From the NCBI GenBank assembly GCA_963674735.2, contig CAXXQS010000001.1, positions 2,630,913 through 2,694,912 on the forward strand: a DNA stretch of 64,000 nt, in the 5' to 3' direction. This document shows, piece by piece, positions 61,934 through 64,000 of the stretch. Origin of the DNA: Myxococcota bacterium. Lineage in GTDB: Bacteria > Myxococcota_A > SURF-8. Every line of letters starts with the position of its first letter. Position 1 is the first letter of the stretch. Position numbers and translations under genes: made by a program. The notes beneath the pieces were generated by a model, which was not told the origin of the DNA, searched no databases, and was given only the letters and a program-made list of their open reading frames with translations.

Positions 61934-62548
61934 ATGGCCATATTCAACCTGAAGAAAAGGGAAATCGAGTGTAAAATCGTGTATTACGGCCCGGGCCGTT
62001 GCGGAAAGACAACCAACCTCGAATATATCTTCAAATCCTATAAAAAACAGGTGACCGGAGAAATGGTCTCCATCAACACCGAGGGGGACCGGACCCTTTT
62101 CTTCGATTTTCTGCCTATGGGACTGGGAAAGATCAAAGGCTGCGATGTCCGTGTGCAGCTTTACACCGTTCCGGGACAGGTGAAATACAGCTCGACGCGC
62201 AAACTGGTTTTGCGGGGCGTGGACGGCATCGTTTTTGTGGCTGACTCTCTCGAAGTCCGTCGTGAGAAAAACATGATATCGCTAAAGGACCTTCAGGCCA
62301 ACCTCAAAGAGTATGGAAAGAGCATTTTCAAGGTTCCTCTCATCATCCAGTACAACAAAAGAGATCTTGCCGACGAGGGTATTCCGCTGATGTCGGTGGA
62401 GCAGATGGAGCGGGATTTGAACCGGCAGCTGAAAGTGCCGTCTTATCCCGGCAGTGCAGTAAAGGGGACCGGCGTGGGGGTGACGTTGAAAGCTTGCCTG
62501 ATGGAGACCCTGAAGTCGTTGCAAAGAGAATTCAAGTGGGCAAAGTAA
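61934..62548 (+). CDS. MglA-family small GTPase
   Basis: KIVYYGPGRCGKTTNL, DRTLFFDFLP, LYTVPGQ, VDGIVFVADS, QYNKRDL. Confidence 0.92.
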   Translation: MAIFNLKKREIECKIVYYGPGRCGKTTNLEYIFKSYKKQVTGEMVSINTEGDRTLFFDFLPMGLGKIKGCDVRVQLYTVPGQVKYSSTRKLVLRGVDGIVFVADSLEVRREKNMISLKDLQANLKEYGKSIFKVPLIIQYNKRDLADEGIPLMSVEQMERDLNRQLKVPSYPGSAVKGTGVGVTLKACLMETLKSLQREFKWAK

Positions 62549-62563
62549 GGACCGGTTCTGGCA

Positions 62564-63769
62564 ATGAATGAAAGAGTGGTTCTATCCGGAAGTCTGGGTT
62601 TCCTGTCGCTCGGGGACATCATTCAACTTCTCGGTTCGAGCGGCAGTACGGGGGTGCTTCGCCTGATCAACCGCTATGCGTCCGAACCCGGCTTCATTTA
62701 TTTCATCGAAGGCAATCCGATCAATGCCCAAAACGGCGAGATAGACGGGCTCGATGCCCTTTACTCGCTGTTCGGTTGGGTAAACGGCTCATTCGAATTC
62801 ACCCGTGAAGCCATCATGTCCGATAAACGGATCACCAAGAGCCGGATGGGAATCATTCTGGAGGGAATGAAGCTTTTGGACGACGGCCTGATCAAGAAAG
62901 TCGGGCCGGCCAGCGGCCATGACAGCACCGCGGAATTAAAGCATACCCTTTCCAGAACCGCCATTGTCAAGGGGCCTTTGGTGGACTACATGTATGTCGT
63001 CGACGAGGAGGATTTTTTCGACGGCGAGCGGATCGTCGAAGAAGGCAAGCACGGCAGCTGGATCTGGGTCATCCTGGAAGGGGTCGTCGATATCGTCAAG
63101 GAAGTGGATTCGGTTCCCATTCCCATCATCCGCATCGGTGACGGTTCTTTCATCGGCAGCATGGCATCGTTTCTGCTGCAAGGGCACATCCGTACGGCCA
63201 CCGCCATCGCCGTGGGCAATGTACAGCTCGGCGTTCTGGATTCCCAGCGCCTGGCCCAGGAATATGCGGCCCTGTCGCTGGATTTCAGAACCTTTCTGAC
63301 GAGTCTGGACAAGCGGATGAAGCAGTTGACCGAACGCATCGTGGAGTATCATGAGGGCAAAACCCGTACGGACGAGATTCTCAAAAACGCAAAAGAACTG
63401 ATCCGGCAGTCAAGCAGCGATGAAAAACAGCTTTACGTAGTCACACAGGGCAGGGCGGCTGTCGTCCGCAACACGAAAGACGGCCCGGTTTTGTTGTGCC
63501 ACCTTTACAAAGGTGATTTTTTCGGCAATGTGCCGTTCTTGCATTTGGGCCAAGAGCCGGAAGGTGCCTCCATTTATGGTTCGGAAAACATAAAGATTGC
63601 CAAAATCGAGGCGGTTTCGCTGCAAAAAGAATACAATCGACTCTCTACGACCTTAAAAAATATCGTCGATAACATGGCAACGAGCATATCGGTGACTGCG
63701 GATCTGGTTTGCAATTCCATGACTTCGAAAAAATCCGAACCCGAGGACCTAAAAATTCGGCAGGGCTAA
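62564..63769 (+). CDS. DUF4388 plus two cyclic-nucleotide-binding-like domains
   Basis: LSGSL..LSLGDIIQLL..TGVL..IYF..G.P..A; I..EG..G..I.VILEGVVDI..G.FIG..RTATA; second CNB-like domain (G.FFG). Confidence 0.85.
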   Translation: MNERVVLSGSLGFLSLGDIIQLLGSSGSTGVLRLINRYASEPGFIYFIEGNPINAQNGEIDGLDALYSLFGWVNGSFEFTREAIMSDKRITKSRMGIILEGMKLLDDGLIKKVGPASGHDSTAELKHTLSRTAIVKGPLVDYMYVVDEEDFFDGERIVEEGKHGSWIWVILEGVVDIVKEVDSVPIPIIRIGDGSFIGSMASFLLQGHIRTATAIAVGNVQLGVLDSQRLAQEYAALSLDFRTFLTSLDKRMKQLTERIVEYHEGKTRTDEILKNAKELIRQSSSDEKQLYVVTQGRAAVVRNTKDGPVLLCHLYKGDFFGNVPFLHLGQEPEGASIYGSENIKIAKIEAVSLQKEYNRLSTTLKNIVDNMATSISVTADLVCNSMTSKKSEPEDLKIRQG

Positions 63770-63819
63770 CGATCCAACGCATTCATCAACCTTTACCATG
63801 GCGACAAAGGTGATCCCCA

Positions 63820-64000
63820 ATGAACGAAAAGAGAAAACATAACCGCGTGGACTCCATTTATCTGCTTAATTACGTGCATCTGGACGAAAACGACGAAGAG
63901 CTGATGCAAGGCATGGGGCGTACCGTCAACGTATCTGAATCGGGCATCATGCTGGAAACCCACGTGTCGTTCGATAAGGACGATACGGTGGATGTCGTCG
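63820..64000 (+). CDS. PilZ domain protein (3' truncated)
   Basis: MNEKRKHNR RxxxR motif and NVSESG (D/N)xSxxG motif. Confidence 0.88.
   Translation, partial: MNEKRKHNRVDSIYLLNYVHLDENDEELMQGMGRTVNVSESGIMLETHVSFDKDDTVDVV

Overview
Bacterial, GC-rich window that appears to be two unrelated pieces of DNA joined at ~57612-57615. Segment 1 (1-~57615) looks like an anaerobic Myxococcota/deltaproteobacterium-like genome. It carries housekeeping genes (3' end of kamE, fis, thiD, rpsF-rpsR-rplI-dnaB, ackA, ald, purA, serA), many large Cys/Asp-rich surface lipoproteins, an octaheme HAO-family cytochrome with a NapC/NirT partner, and a TIGR02147-lipoprotein pair. Its most notable part is 10.6-25.4 kb. 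A 1625-aa ASH/MopE-repeat lipoprotein runs into a His-Xaa-Ser radical-SAM RiPP cluster (hxsD-like, hxsB, a precursor with 17 HxS triplets, a second radical SAM). This is followed by a cobalamin riboswitch controlling a four-gene outer-membrane uptake locus: a lipoprotein with a triplicated domain I do not recognise, a BtuH-like lipoprotein, a BtuB-like TonB receptor and a BtuG-like propeller lipoprotein. Segment 2 (~57614-64000) begins inside the last codons of a probable uvrB and continues uvrC, mdh, a frameshifted hypothetical, an MglA-like GTPase, a DUF4388/cNMP protein and a PilZ protein; it resembles Desulfobacterales. No rRNA, tRNA, CRISPR array or mobile element was seen. All family calls come from motif recognition by eye, not database searches.
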